Translations under genes and position numbers: made by a program
Shown: positions 13,701-28,400 of the stretch, one piece after another
How positions within the stretch are numbered: the first letter of the stretch is position 1
How the letters are laid out: every line of letters starts with the position of its first letter
Source of the DNA: Octopus sinensis
Lineage: Eukaryota
Assembly: GCF_006345805.1 (NCBI RefSeq)
Contig: NC_043023.1
Location: 5,146,001 to 5,210,000, forward strand
Direction of reading: 5' to 3'
Length of the DNA stretch: 64,000 nt
Notes under the pieces: model-generated
Told to the model about the DNA's origin: nothing
Database searches by the model: none
What the model saw: the letters and a program-made list of their open reading frames with translations, nothing else

Positions 13701-14786
13701 CACAGGTGCTTTTTTTATGTGACACCAGCACACAGGTGCTTTTTTTATGTGACACCAGCACACAGGTGCTTTTTTTATGTGACACCAGCACACAGGTGCT
13801 TTTTTTATGTGACACCAGCACACAGGTGCTTTTTTTATGTGACACCAGCACACAGGTGCTTTTTTTATGTCACACCAGCACACAGGTGCTTTTTTTATGT
13901 GACACCAGCACACAGGTGCTTTTTTTATGTGACACCAGCACACGGGTGCTTTTTAAGTGGTACTGGCGCAGGTGCTTTTTACATGGCACCCAAACTGGTG
14001 CTGTTGAATATGTGATGATGATGACGTTGTTTCGTCTGCTATTCCCAGGAATATCCCATTCACAACCAGGTGTGGTTCCAAGAATTTTTCAAAAGGTAGG
14101 CACAAGGTCAGAAGGAAATACAATTCCAAGAGTAAAGGGCGTAAAAACATTATTTAGATGAGCGCACTTCTTTTCTTGAGGGGAACATGTGCCCCCTCAG
14201 AGCCCCCCGCCCCGCCCCTGACAACCCTAAGCAAACACCTGATGTGTCTGAGAATAACGCTGAATCTATTGAAACAACCTCCGTATATAACTGGTACTGT
14301 AAATTAATGTCTCCAGTACAATGAAATAAAGGTGACACCCATGTTTATTATGATTCATGTTTAATCCCAGACCAAGTTTGATAAAATGAACCCATCATCA
14401 AAGCCACTCCAGTGGAGGCCATCCTGACTTTTATTGGGGGCCATCATATATTTTTGCCTTTTTAAGATTGTGGGGTACAATGGACAGGAGATATGGCTGC
14501 TATTTTTAGTAGATCATTCACCCATATGGGGCTACTGTCATTATTACATAGTTGCTATATCAAAGAAAAAAAAATATTGGGGAGGTAATCCACAGTTCTA
14601 TATAAGGGAATTGCTTCCCTTAGAACACAACTTCATTTCGTGCGTGTGTGTAGCAATACCTATACGAAGAATATAAGTGTTTTTTTTAGCCCCGGGTCAA
14701 ACTTAATTAAAATTGGAACCCCTAGACCCGTCGTATATATACCACGGGCTTCTTACACACACACACACGTGTGCATGTGTATGTAC

Positions 14787-14830
<44 letters not shown>

Positions 14831-14995
14831 CAAATTGCGATAAAATAAAAATAATTATAATCGCTGGTATTTCTAACACAAGCCATATATTTTCCATATA
14901 TCAGTACATTAAGGCGAAATATGTGCTAGGAACACAGAAGCTAGATAAATTTAGTGAAATGAAGATAAACATACATATATACATATATATATATA

Positions 14996-15030
<35 letters not shown>

Positions 15031-15111
15031 TCATCATCATCATCGTTTAGCGTCCGTTTTCCATGCTAGCATATATATATATATATACATATATACATAT
15101 ATATATATATA

Positions 15112-15162
<51 letters not shown>

Positions 15163-16604
15163 GTTTATATATTTGTTGTGCAAGATTTTTTATGTGAAGT
15201 CGAGTGTTGAAACAGATATTGTTATATTTCGGAATGGTCATATTGCCAGTTAAGCCAATAAAAACACACGCACTATATATTTGGTGTTACTTTGCTTCAG
15301 TGTTATTTATTTTTTACGTTAATCTTAATCTTATTTCGGCCAGAGTTCTTTCGTCACACTCCTGTGACTGCATCAGTGGTCCTTTGTTTTCTTCTTTCTT
15401 ATTTGTGTCTCTCCTTACTCTCCATCAGCCATTTTGTATTTCTATTGTATGTCTTCATTTGCGCATGCTTATATCTCTATGTGCGTTTATGTTTATTTAG
15501 TGTGTGTATGTGGGGGATGCCTGTAATATTTGTATCTTCTGTTTATATACATTCATGTAATTTGTTTTTGTTGTTTTTGTTTATTCTTATTTTGTTCATG
15601 TGTTTACATCCCTTTATTATTATCATTACATATGCTTGTATGTATGTATGTATAACAACAATACTAGTAATAATAATAATAAATAAATAAAAAAAATAAT
15701 ATAGTTATTTATTTCTATTTGTTTATTTATCTGTGTATTTATTATGTTATCGGGATCCTCTACCGTCATATGTTGTGGTGTGTGCTAGTGTTTCATTCCA
15801 GTTTCCTATTCAGGCTAGGTTTATTTTCTATTATGTGTGTAGCTTCTGTAATTTGTCTGATTGTTGCATCTGTTCTATGTGTGGACAATATTTTAATTTC
15901 TATGTTGTTGATTGATTCCCCCGTGTTCCTGTTTGGCGTGTTGGTACAGAATCGATGAGCTTTTACCTTCCTTGAGTTGTCTCCAATGCTCATTTACCTG
16001 CTCTCCTATGCTTCTTGCCATTTCCCCTACGTATGTCGTTGTCTTGTTACTGCATCGTCCCTCTATACATCTTATACTATAAACTACATTTCTGGCTTTA
16101 CAGTTTGTTTGTGGGCTAAATCTACATACAGTACAGTACTTATCCGTACAGGGGGTTCTACTAAAAGTATAGGTTCTACCAATTATAGATTTGATAGGGT
16201 TGCCTGGCTTTTCACCAACCTTAATCCTTAGCTTAAGTTTGTCTAGGGTCCTTCTAAAGCGGTACGCCAGTTCACCTCCAGGTGTGGTGTCAATGAACAT
16301 GACACTCTGGTATTTATGGCTATTATACCAAGAGTTGGCCTTCCCTATTTTCTATTGTCCTTTCTATAGTGTTCCATGACTTGTTCCTATAGAGTATATA
16401 TATGTGTGTGTATGTATATATTCATTCCTGTGTTATATATTTTAATAATACTGGTATCTTATATTATATATGTAAAGCATAATATGTTATACATGTATGT
16501 ATATTGTTGTAATTGTCATTTTAGTAAATAAATAAATTGACATAACATAATGTCTAAAAGCTGATGAATACCACCTATTAATCCTCTCTATTTTCTTATT
16601 GCTT

Positions 16605-16668
<64 letters not shown>

Positions 16669-18346
16669 GGGTGGCTAAATCGCAATTTTAGAACCTAAAG
16701 GCAGAAATATATACGTCACTAAAGTGAACAAGGGCACTAATCAGCATCAGTATTTCTAGAAATAACAGTCAAAACAACTCAATAGCCAGAAAAACACTAT
16801 CCTAATGAGCTAATATAGGCGTAGGAGTGACTATGTGGTAAGTAACTTGCTTACCAACCACATGGTTCCGGGTTCAGTCCCACTGCATGGCACCTTGGGC
16901 AAGTGTCTTCTACTATAGCCTCGGGCCGACCAAAGCCTTCTGAGTGGATTTGGTAGATGGAAACTGAAAGAAGCCCGTCGTATATATATGTGTGTGTGTT
17001 TGTGTGCGTGTATGTTTGTGTTTGTTCCCCCCAACATCGCTTGACAACCGATGCTGGTGTGCTTATGTCCCCTGTAACTTAGCAGTTCGACAAAAGAGAT
17101 CGATAGAATAAGTACTAGGCTTACAAAGAATAAGTCCTAGAGTTGATTCTCTCGAATAAAGGTAGTGCTCCAGCATGGCCACAGTCAAATGACTGAAACA
17201 GGTAAAAGAGTAAAAGAATATACACACACATATATATATATAAGTACACACCTAGCTACATGTGGAGAAGGAAATTTAAGATCTTTCCCTTCTACAAATG
17301 TCCCAAGAACGACACCTCTTTCAGGAGGAATATGGAAAAATATTTCATAGCTAAGTTCTCCCCCAAATTAAATGGCTGAAAATATCTCTATAATAAGCTG
17401 TACCAGATGAAGGACCAAATTTGCTAAGTAAACTGTATTAAACACACACACACACACACACACACATAGAGTTCTACACATATGTTTTGGTTTTTGAATA
17501 TACAACATTGAACAAAGGCTATCCTAATATTTGAATGAGGCCATTTTACTTTAATTTGTGGATCCTGTTGCTCCTGTATGATAAAACTTAATATTTATTT
17601 AACTGTCAATCAGTGAGATATTAGACTAAATCAATTGAAGATCAGACAACAGACTCCGTGGTTGTCAATTTGTATTCTATCATTTGTAAATTCAACACAA
17701 GAAAGCCTCTTTTTCAAGTATGGACTGTATTAAACACACACACACACACACACAGAGTTCTACACATATGTTTTGGTTTTTGAAAATACAACATTGAACA
17801 AAGGATATTCTAATATTTGAATGAAACCATTTCACTTTGATTTGTGGAACCGGTTGTTGCTGTATGATAAAACTTAATATCTATTTAATCAGTGAGATAT
17901 TAGACTAAATCAGTTGAAGATCAGACAACAGACTCAGTAGTTGTCAGTTTGTATTCTGTCATTTGGAACCTCAACACAGGAGAGTCTCTTTTTCAAGTAT
18001 GGACTTTATGAAATTTTACTCATCCTACATTGAAGGACAAATCTTTCAATTTACAATATATATATATTACCTATTATATACATTATATTATTTTTGTAAT
18101 TTACTTAATCTTTACTTTTTAATTGTCATTTTAATTTTAACTTTTCTATGATATGCAATTTTCTAGATGGTGTAATTTAATTGTTAATTTTGAATCGATA
18201 AAAGGTGTTTTTTTCTAATATTTTATGTATATGTATGTATATATATATATATAATATATATATATATAGTGGTATAAATATCAACACAATTTTTTCTCCT
18301 TCCTCTTTTTTTTTCTTCCTCTCTTCCCTTCTCCAAACTCACAGAC

Positions 18347-18382
<36 letters not shown>

Positions 18383-21300
18383 ACCTCCACAAAACAATCA
18401 TAAAAGGAATTCTTCTCTAAACCCAAAAAACCATTTGACTACCCCTCATTAAACACACACACACACTCTCTCACAATGATAAAAAGAAATATAATTTATG
18501 GCCTACCTCCCCACCACCACACACTCAGTGACACTGTGAAATGGTCAAAACGGAGATTCTTTTTTCCCCAAGATCTTAGACCCCCCCCCCTTGGAGTCAA
18601 CATCCTGTCCAGCAGACCAAAAAAATTATTTTCTTCTTCTTCCCTTTCCCTCCCCCTCATTTTCGGTAGTACTTATCCCAAATACAAAAACACACACACA
18701 CACATACACACATTCTCTCTCTCAATTTCTCCTCATCCATCTCCCTCTTTTACTGTCTTATTTTCCTCCCCACCACTACAAACTCAATACCACTATAAAA
18801 TGGTCAAAAACCCTTTCACACAGGAACTTAGTTTGATTTGAAAACCCCACTAGAATGGGAGAAAGCGCTAATACATGATCTAAGTTATATGAAGTATAAA
18901 AAAATGTAATATACAAATAAATATCTGTAAATATAAACCATCCGATTTTCTGAGTACCTCATTTCTTCTAAGATATATATATATATATCTTATATATAAA
19001 AGTGAAGTTGTGTGTCTGTCTCCTACGATTTAGATTCCTAACTACTCCCACATTTTGCGGTGCAGTTTAACCAAAACCGGGTATCTTATAGTCGTGATTC
19101 ATATCGAGCCCTTCTGGGTATTAGCGCACGTCTACGATGAGTCTACGATTTAAAAAAAATGTACCATCATTTTTTCCATTTTAATGCATTTTTTCGTTAT
19201 TATATAAGGGAAGTAACTCTCTAAAAATGTCTGATGAGCCAACGATTAAAAAAAAAATTTACCATAATTTTTTTTCCATTTTTAATGCATTTTTTTTGTT
19301 ATTTTTTTGCTATAACTCTCTAAAAATGCTTATATAGTTATTTCCCTTACAAACCCGAGCAACGCCGGGCGATACTGCTAGTATATATATATACACGCTG
19401 GGCTTATTCCAGTTTCCGTCTATCAAATCTACCCACAAGGTTTTGGTTGGCCTGAGGCCATAGTAGATGGCACTTGCCCAACGTACCGCGCAGTGGGACT
19501 GAACCTGGAACCATGTGGTTGGATAGCAAGCGTCTTACATGACAGTCACACCTGCACCTGTCATGGTAGTCATTCCAGTTGTGGCCACCTCGTCTTTTAT
19601 TGATATCAAGAACCGCAATGTATCATTTCCTTTTCTAATCTGTGAAGTGATATTTGAGAGAGATTTAGCTGCAATTTTTAGCAGGTCAATCCAGCGCAGA
19701 GGTCAACTTCATAGCATCATGTTTACGATATAAGAGAAATAGTCTAAAGGGCAGGTAAACCATGTCCTTGTAAATGAATTGTTTCCCTTAGAACATAACT
19801 TTACTCAATTTTTGCGTGTGTGTCGCAATTTATTTATAACAAATTTCACAATGGCCTGAAAAAGTGGACATAAAAAGATGACAGTGATGTTGAGGATGAT
19901 GATAAAAATAATAATAATAATAATAATAATAATTGTGTACAGTGCTCAGGTGCACTACAACTCATCTAAAGTGTGTATATATAATCAGGTGTAGTTTCGG
20001 CGGATATCGGAAAGCATGAGGGCCTTAAAGGATGCAGTGTCATGGCAGTCAACAACTGACGCAGGCAGTTTATTCCATGCTTCAGCAACTCTGAGTGTGA
20101 AGAAATTTTTCCGAAAGTCATGGGAGCTGTGTTGTTTTCTGACTTTGTAGGCATGTCCACATGTGTTAGACACATGGAGATCAAAAAGGTGTTCAGTGTT
20201 GTTGTTGGTGAGGTGGTTGATAACTTTGTGGCTGTTTACCAAGTCCGTCGCCAGACGCCGGAGCTTCAGTGAATCCATGCCCAGGGAAACAAGGCGCTCA
20301 GAATATGTTAGGTGTCTGATGGAGGGTATGCGTTTGGTTGCACGTCTCTGGACAGATTCCAGGAGGTCAATGTTCTGAGCTAATCCTTTCTACCATTGAC
20401 ACAAAAACTGAAATTTTGTTGGGGAGGGGTCAAGTCAGTTACATCGACGCCAATGTTTCACTGCTACTTAATTTATTGAGCCCAAAAGGATGAAAGGCAA
20501 AGTCAACTTCGGAGGAAAAGATGATGAGAACAATGAGGATGAATGTGATGAGGAAGATCATGATGTGTAGCAGGAAGGTGTGGGTATGTGGTAAGAGGCT
20601 TGCTTCCCAACCACATGGTTCTTGGTTCAGTCCCACTGTGTGACACCTTGGGTAAGTGCTTTCTATTACAATCTTGGGCCAACCAAAGCCTTGTGAGTGT
20701 ATTTAGTAGACGGAAACTGAAAGAAGCCTGTCGTTTATATACATGTATGTGTATGTGCCTTTGCATATGTGTGTGTGTCTGTTTTTGTCCCCACCTCCAT
20801 CACTGTTTGACAACGAGTGTTGGTGTGTTTACATCCCCGTAACTTAGCAGTTTGGCAAAAGAAACCGATAGCATAAGTACTAGGCTATAAAAAATAAGTC
20901 CTGCGGTCGATTTGTGTGACTAAAACCTTTCAAGGTAGTGCTCCAGCATGGCCGCAATCAAATGATTGAAACAAGTCCCACTGTGTGACACCTTAGACAA
21001 ATGTCTTCTACTATAGCCCAGAAGCCAATGAAAGCCTTGTGCGTGGATTTAGTAGATGGAGACTGAAAGAAGCCCATTGTATATATACATGTGTGTGTAT
21101 GTGTGTGTGTATACATTAGTCTTTGTCTTTGTCCCCCCCACCACTTCTTGACAACTGTTGTTAGTGTCTATGTTCCTGTAACTTAGCAGTTTGGCAAAAG
21201 AGACCCATAGAGTAAGTTATTTATTTATGTGCCCTTTTCAAGCCTAGCCAGGCTCATGGGCCCGGTTTTCCAGTTTCTGTGGCGTATATGTTCCCCCAAG

Positions 21301-23689
21301 CTGGACGGGATGCCAGTCCATCGCAGCGTTACTCAAGAAACAGTAAGAAAGAGTGAGAGAAAGTTGGGGCGAAAGAGTACAACAGGGGTCACCACCACCC
21401 CCTGCTGGAGCCTCATGGAGCTTTAGGTGTTTTTGCTCAATAAACACGCACAACACCCGGTCTGGGAATCGAAACCGCGATCCTCTGACTGCGAGTCCGC
21501 TGCCCTAACCACTGGGCCATTGCGCCTCCACATAGAATAAGTATCGGGCATTAAAAAGGAAAAGTACTTGAAGTTGATTCATTCAACTGAAAAATTGTCC
21601 AAGGAGGTGCTCTAGCATGGTCGCAGTCTAATGACTGAAACAAGTAAAATTCTTTAATCATATTAAGTGGTGACTGTAATGCGATCTATTGTAGCAGATA
21701 TATTTCGTATCCTCTGCATACTCCCAAATGTCTGCCTAGAGGGCAAATTGAAATAATCCCAGTATGTTACTGGTACTTCATCTTATGGACCACACTAACA
21801 TGAAATGCAACGTCGACCCCATCATTATAGTACTTTGTGTTCTTCAAGACCAGGCCAGCAGTGATAGAGAAGATACATCATCTTACTTTTGTCTTTCACT
21901 TGTTTCACCTATTAGACTGTGGCCATGTTGGGGCACCACCTTGAAGAGTTTTAGTTAACTAAATCAACCCCAGTACTTTTATCTTTACAAGCCTGGTACT
22001 TACTCTATTAGTCTCTTTTCCAAACCTGTAGGTTATGGGGAAATAAGCACAACAACGCCAATTGTCAAGTGGTGATGGGAAACACACACATATATATACA
22101 TGATGGGCTTCTTCCAGTTTCTTATTTCTTTATAGCCCACAAGGGGATAAACATAGAGGGGACAAACAAGGACAAACAAATGGATTAAGTGTGTAACTGG
22201 TACTTAATTTATTGACCCCAAAAGGATGAAAGGGAAAGTCGACCTCGGCGGAATTTGAACTCAGAATGTAATGGCAGATGAAATACCTATTTCTTTACTA
22301 CTCACAAGGGGCTAAACACACAGAGGGAAAACAAGGACATACAAACGGATTAAGTCGATTATATCAACCCCAGTGCGTAACTGGTACTTAATTTATCGAC
22401 CCCGAAAGGATGAAAGGCAAAGTCGACCTTGGTGGAACTTGAACTCAGAAGGTAAAGGCAGACGAAATACCGCTAAACATTTCGTCCAGCGTGATAACGT
22501 TTCTGCCAACTCGCCACCTTTCAGTTTCTATCTATTAAATCCACTTCTTTCAGTTTCTATCTACCAAATCTACTCCCAAGGCTTTTGGTCGGCCTGAGGC
22601 TATAGTAGAAGACACTTTGAGGTTGGGAAGCAAGCTTTATAATTGACAGTCTGAATAGTTAATGGCAGCTAAAAAGTAAAAGCTGTGCTTTAGCCCCAGG
22701 TAACACTATCAACAAAATGTTCCCCTCATGACCATCCCAACTTTTATTCAGGCATAGTGTATCTAGGATTACATCATGAAATGCATATTGTTGTAATCAC
22801 TATTAAGGGATATGATGATTATATAGTCCCATAAGGCGGCGAGCTGGCAGAAATGTTAGCATGCTTAGCAGTATTTCATCTGTCGCTACGTTCTGAGTTC
22901 AAATTCTGCAGAGGTCGACTTTGCCTTTCATCCTTTTGGGGTCGATTAAATAAGTACCAGTTACGGACTGGGGTCGATATAATCGACTTAATCCGTTTGT
23001 CTGTCCTTGTTTGTCCTCTCTGTGTTTAACCCCTTGTGGGTAGTAAAGAAATAGGTATTTCGTCTGTCTACATTGAGTTAAAATTCCAACGGGGTCAACT
23101 TTGCCTTTCATCCCTTTGGGGTCGATAAATTAAGTACCATTTGTGTACTGGGGTCGATGTAATGGACTGCCCCCCCTCTCCCAAATTTCGGTCCTTGTGC
23201 CTAAACTAGAAAATATTATTATTGATGTTAAGACCTACAGCGCCTCTTTTCCTTTTTTAATCTGTGAGGTGATATTTGAGGGAGGTTTAGCTGCAATTTT
23301 TACTAGGTCAATCCCGCATAGAGGTCACCTTCATAGCATCATGTTTACAATACAAAAGGAAGTAGTCTAAAGGGCAGATAAACCATAAGTCCTTGTAAAT
23401 GAATTGTCTCCCTTAGAACACAACTTTACTCAATTTGTGCGTGTGTGTCGCAATTTCTCCGCGAATCTTTTCTTTTTTCCTTTACTTGCTTCAGTCATTA
23501 GACTGTGACCATGCTGGAGCACCGTCTTGCGAAGTTTTCAGTTGAACGAATCGAGCCCTGTACATTTTTTGAAGCCTGGTACTTATTATATCGGTGTCTT
23601 TTGTCGAACTACTAACTTACGTGGACGAAATTACACCAACCCAAGGGGATGATGCTGTGGTGAGGGACACACACACACACACACACACG

Positions 23690-23721
<32 letters not shown>

Positions 23722-24561
23722 AATTGGTTGGTTGGCTGCGTCTTGTGTTTCCAAGTCTGCAATCCAGTTAATTTTCCTGGGTGTTTGAACCGCAGATGGC
23801 TCCGCAATCCAAATGTTGCACGAAACATACGGGGGTATTGTAGACAGGGGATAGAAGGGGCTGGTCTGGAAAGGAGAAGGTGCTGCTTTCTCTCCCATCT
23901 CTTGGGTTCAGCTCTTGGAACTCGGGCTTTCTCGAAGTCCGCAGAACCCATTTTGATGGTGTGTCTCCAGAGGGGGTCTGTTTGCCGAGATATATTCCCA
24001 GTGCTTTTCAGGGTTGATTTGAGCTGGTCCTTGTACCACCTCAAGGGGACACAACGAGGACATTTTCCTCTAGACAGTTCACCGTCGAGACAGATCTTGG
24101 GAAGGCGATGTTCATTCATCCGACGGACGTGACCTGACCTTCGGAGATGATGTTCAATGATCAAGGCTTCGATGCTCAGGAGATCTGATCTTTCAAGCAC
24201 AGAATTGTTAGTGATGCGATCTTCCCAGTTGATGTTTAGGATTGAGTGAAGTTTGGATTGATGGAAGCGCTCTAGTTTCTTCATGTCCTTACGGTAAACA
24301 GTCCAGGTTTCACACCCGTACAGCAGAGTTGATACGACAATTACCCGATAGACCATGAGCTTCGTTTTGAATGTCAGATCCTTGTTGCAAAAGACCCTGG
24401 TTTTGAGACGACCAAAAGAGGCATGACCTGATTGGATGTGATGTTTGATATCCTTACCAGATCCTGCAGTTGGTGATAGAAAACGTCCAAGACTGCAGAA
24501 ATCCTCGATGACCTCAATTGATACACACACACACACACACACATATATATCTATATATATA

Positions 24562-24602
<41 letters not shown>

Positions 24603-25414
24603 AATTGGTTGGTTGGCTGCGTCTCGTGTTTCCGAGCCTGCAATCCAGTTAATTTTCCTGGGTGTTTGAACCGCAGATGGCTCCGCAATCCAAGGGTTGC
24701 ATGAAACATACAGGGACATTGTGGACAAGGAATAGAAGGGCTGGTCTGGAAAGGAGAAGGCGCTGCTTTCTCTCCCGTCTCTTGGGTTCAGTTCTTGCAA
24801 CATGGGCTTTCTCGAAGTCCGCAGAACCCGTTTTGATGGTGTGTCTCCAGAGGGGGGTCTGTTTGCTGAGATATCTTCCCAGTGTGCGGGGTCGATGTTG
24901 GTGCTTTTCAGGGTTGACTTGAGTTGGTCGTTGTACCGCCTCAAGGGGGCTCCACGAGGACGTTTTCCTTCAGACAGTTCACCGTAGCAAAGGCGATGTT
25001 CATTCATCCGACAGATGTGACCTGACCATCGGAGACGATGTTCAATGATCAAGGCTTCTATGCTCAGGAGGCCTTATCTTTCAAGCACAGAGTTGTTGGT
25101 GATGCGATCTTCCCAGTTGATGTTCAGGATAGAGTGAAGTTTGGATTGATGGAAGCGCTGTAGTTTCTTCATGTCCTTACGGTAAACAGTCAAGGTTTCA
25201 CACCTGTATAGCATAGTTGATACGACAATAACCCGATAGACCATGAGCTTCGTTTTGAATGTCAGATCCTTGTTGCAAAAGACCCTGGTTTTGAGACGAC
25301 CAAAAGAGGCATGACCTGATTGGATGCGATGTTCGATATCCTTACCAAATCCTGCAGTGGGTGATAGAAAACTTCCAAGACAGCAGAAATCCTCAACGAC
25401 CTCGATTGATATAT

Positions 25415-25447
<33 letters not shown>

Positions 25448-28400
25448 CAGACACACATATATACATACATACATGCATAATATATATATATATATATATA
25501 TATACAGACACACATACATACATACATACGTACGTATGTACATACATACACACACACCAACACACACACACATATATATATAATATACACAATATACACA
25601 AACGGGCTTCTTTCAGTTTTCCATCTACAAAAGGCCTTTGTTGGCCAGAGGCAATAGTAGTGGACACTCTGGGGTTGAACTAGGACCATGTGGTTAGAAG
25701 CAAGCTTCTTACCACAGGGCTTGAATGGTGAATGGCACCTAAAAGTAGAGGTTGTTCGTTATCACCAGGTAACACTTGATCCAGCAGACCTACCAATAAA
25801 ATACTCCAATCATGACCATTCCAACTTTTATTCCGACATAGGTGTATCTAAGATTACAATCATGTAATGTATACTGTAGTAGTCACTATTGAGGAATAAA
25901 GTGGTTATTTAGCCCGAGGTCAGTCCTGATCAGGATACTCGCTCCTTTTTATCAGCCAGTGGACATGAGCAATTGAAATTAAGTGTTTTGTTCAAGAATA
26001 CAATGCATCACCTGGTCCAGGAATTGAAACCACAATCTTGCAATCATCAGTCTAATACTCTAACACACTAATCCGAACCTTGACATGTGTTGTATACAGA
26101 GGGTAAGAATTAAGCACCAAACATGGGGTGACCAAGGAAGGAAATGAGATGCTTTGGCCAACCTATTTGGTTCATTGATTTGATGCTCACTTATTTGACA
26201 TCAGACATTGTAATGATTCTCTTGTTCTCTCCTCTCCTTCTCCTGTCTCTCTCTCTGTTTATGTACATGGAGAGGGAAGGTGTTTATGTCAGTTGTGTTT
26301 AATTACTCTGCGTATGTAAGCAAAAGTAGGGTATTGTAGCCGCTCGTATTTGTCTGTGTGTTTGCAAAATTACTGGAAAACGGCTGAACGGATTTTCACC
26401 AAAATTGGCAGAAATACTCATTGAGTGATTGGCTCGAGCTCATTAAATTTTGGTTTGATGAATCAAAATGTGTGTTTTTTCTTTGTTACATATTCATAAA
26501 CAATAAGCAGGGGAAATAACTATTGATGTCATTTTGTTGAAATATCAATTCGTCAGAGATTATTAAATCAAATTTTTATTTTATCCTCGTTAATAAATTG
26601 TAATGTCTAAGGAGTAATATATATACCAGAGCCACCGTAAAACTAGCCCTATGCTCCTTATGTGAGTAATTTGGACTAACCATACCAATCACATATTTTT
26701 ACTAACGCCCAGCTCTTTTACTTCAAAGTTACTAATCACAACTTGGAGTGGTACATTCTTCACTGGGGAAAAAATTTAGTATTCACAACCATCTGTCCAT
26801 CCCACTTCCTAACGCACACACACACACACTCACACACACAAGCACAAGCACATACACGCTCACACACACACATATACGCACAAACACACACATGCACACA
26901 AATACACACATATACACATGTACACAAACACACACATATACACAAGATGGGCTTCTTTCAGTTCCCGTCAAAAAAGGCTTTGATTGGCCTGAGGCAATAG
27001 TAGAGGACACTCTGGGGTTGAACTTAGGACCATGTGATTAGGAAGCAAGATTCTTATCACAGGGCCTGAATGGTGAATGGTAGCTAAAAGTAAAGGTTGT
27101 TCGTTAGCCCCAGGTAACACTTGATCCTGCAGACCTACCAATAAAATACTCCAATCATGACCATTCCAACTTTTATTCCGACATAGTGTATCTAAGATTA
27201 CATCATGTAATGTATACTGTAGTAGTCACTATTGAGGAATAAAGTGGTTATTTAGCCCGAGGTCAGTCCTGATCAGGATACTCGCTCCTTTTTATCAGCT
27301 AGTGGACATGAGCAATATGAAAATTAAGTGTTTTGTTCAAGAATACAATGCATCACCTGGTCCAGGAATTGAAACCACAATCTTGCAATCATCAGTCTAA
27401 TACTCTAAACACTAAGCCATGAACCTTGACATGTGTTGTATACGGAGGGTAAGAATTAAGCACCAAACATGGGGTGACCAAGGAAGGAAATGAGATGCTT
27501 TGGCCCAACCTATTTGGTTCATTGATTTGATGCTCACTTATTTGACATCAGACATTGTAATGATTCTCTTGTTCTCTCCTTCTCCGTCTCTCTCTCTGTT
27601 TATGTATACATGGAGAGGGAAGGTGTTTATGTCAGTTGTGTTTAATTACCCTGTGTATGTAAGCAAAAGTAGGGTATTGTAGCCGCTCGTATTTGTCTGT
27701 GTGTTTGCAAAATTACTGGAAAACGGCTGAACGGATTTTCACCAAAATTGGCAGAAATACTCATTGAGTGATTGGCTCGAACTCATTAAATTTTGGTTTG
27801 ATGAATCAAAATGTGTTTTTTTTTTCTTTGTTACATATTCATAAATAATAAGCAGGAGAAATAACTCTTGATGTCATGTTGTGGAAATATCAATTCGTCA
27901 GAGATTATTAAATCAAATTTTATTTTATCCTTGTGTGCGCGCAGGGTATGTCTCATACCTCCGATGCTTTTTTTTTTTTTCGTTAATAAATTGTAATGTC
28001 TAAGGAGGAATATATATGCTAGAAAAACGTAAAACTGGCCCTATGCTCCTTACTGAGTAATTTGGACTAACCATACCAATCACATATTATTACTAACGCC
28101 CAGCTCTTTTACTTCAAAGTCACTAATCACAACCTGGAGTGGTACATTCTTCACTAGGGAAAAAATTTAGTATTCACAACCATCTGTCCATCCCACTTCC
28201 TAACGCACACACACACACACACATACATACATACACACACACAAGCACATACACACTTACACACACACATATACGCACAAACACACATGCACACAAATAC
28301 ACACATATACACAAACACACACATATACACCTGCACACAAATACACACATATACACATATATATACCTGCACACACACACACACACTAACACAATCAAAC

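Noticed and set aside
13554-14161. Repetitive ORFs and a CRISPR-like appearance of the 30-bp array
   Set aside because: Units are contiguous with no unique spacers, the context is eukaryotic, and the frames are open only because the unit lacks stops.
16693-16755. Possible exon [13 protein letters not shown]..
   Set aside because: It needs a phase-1 partner I could not find and has only weak donors; unresolved.
17620-18004. + strand frame [13 protein letters not shown] resembling a WD40 repeat
   Set aside because: Differences between the two duplicate copies are mostly nonsynonymous in this frame and the acceptor is poor.
23631-25052. 473-aa ORF, the longest in the window
   Set aside because: It is a chance read-through of two decayed RTE copies across a microsatellite, changing frame relative to the RT.
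26690-26762. Strong duplicated acceptor ttttttccc(c/t)ag (also at 28157)
   Set aside because: It begins with TGA in the required phase 0, and the other frames stop before a good donor.
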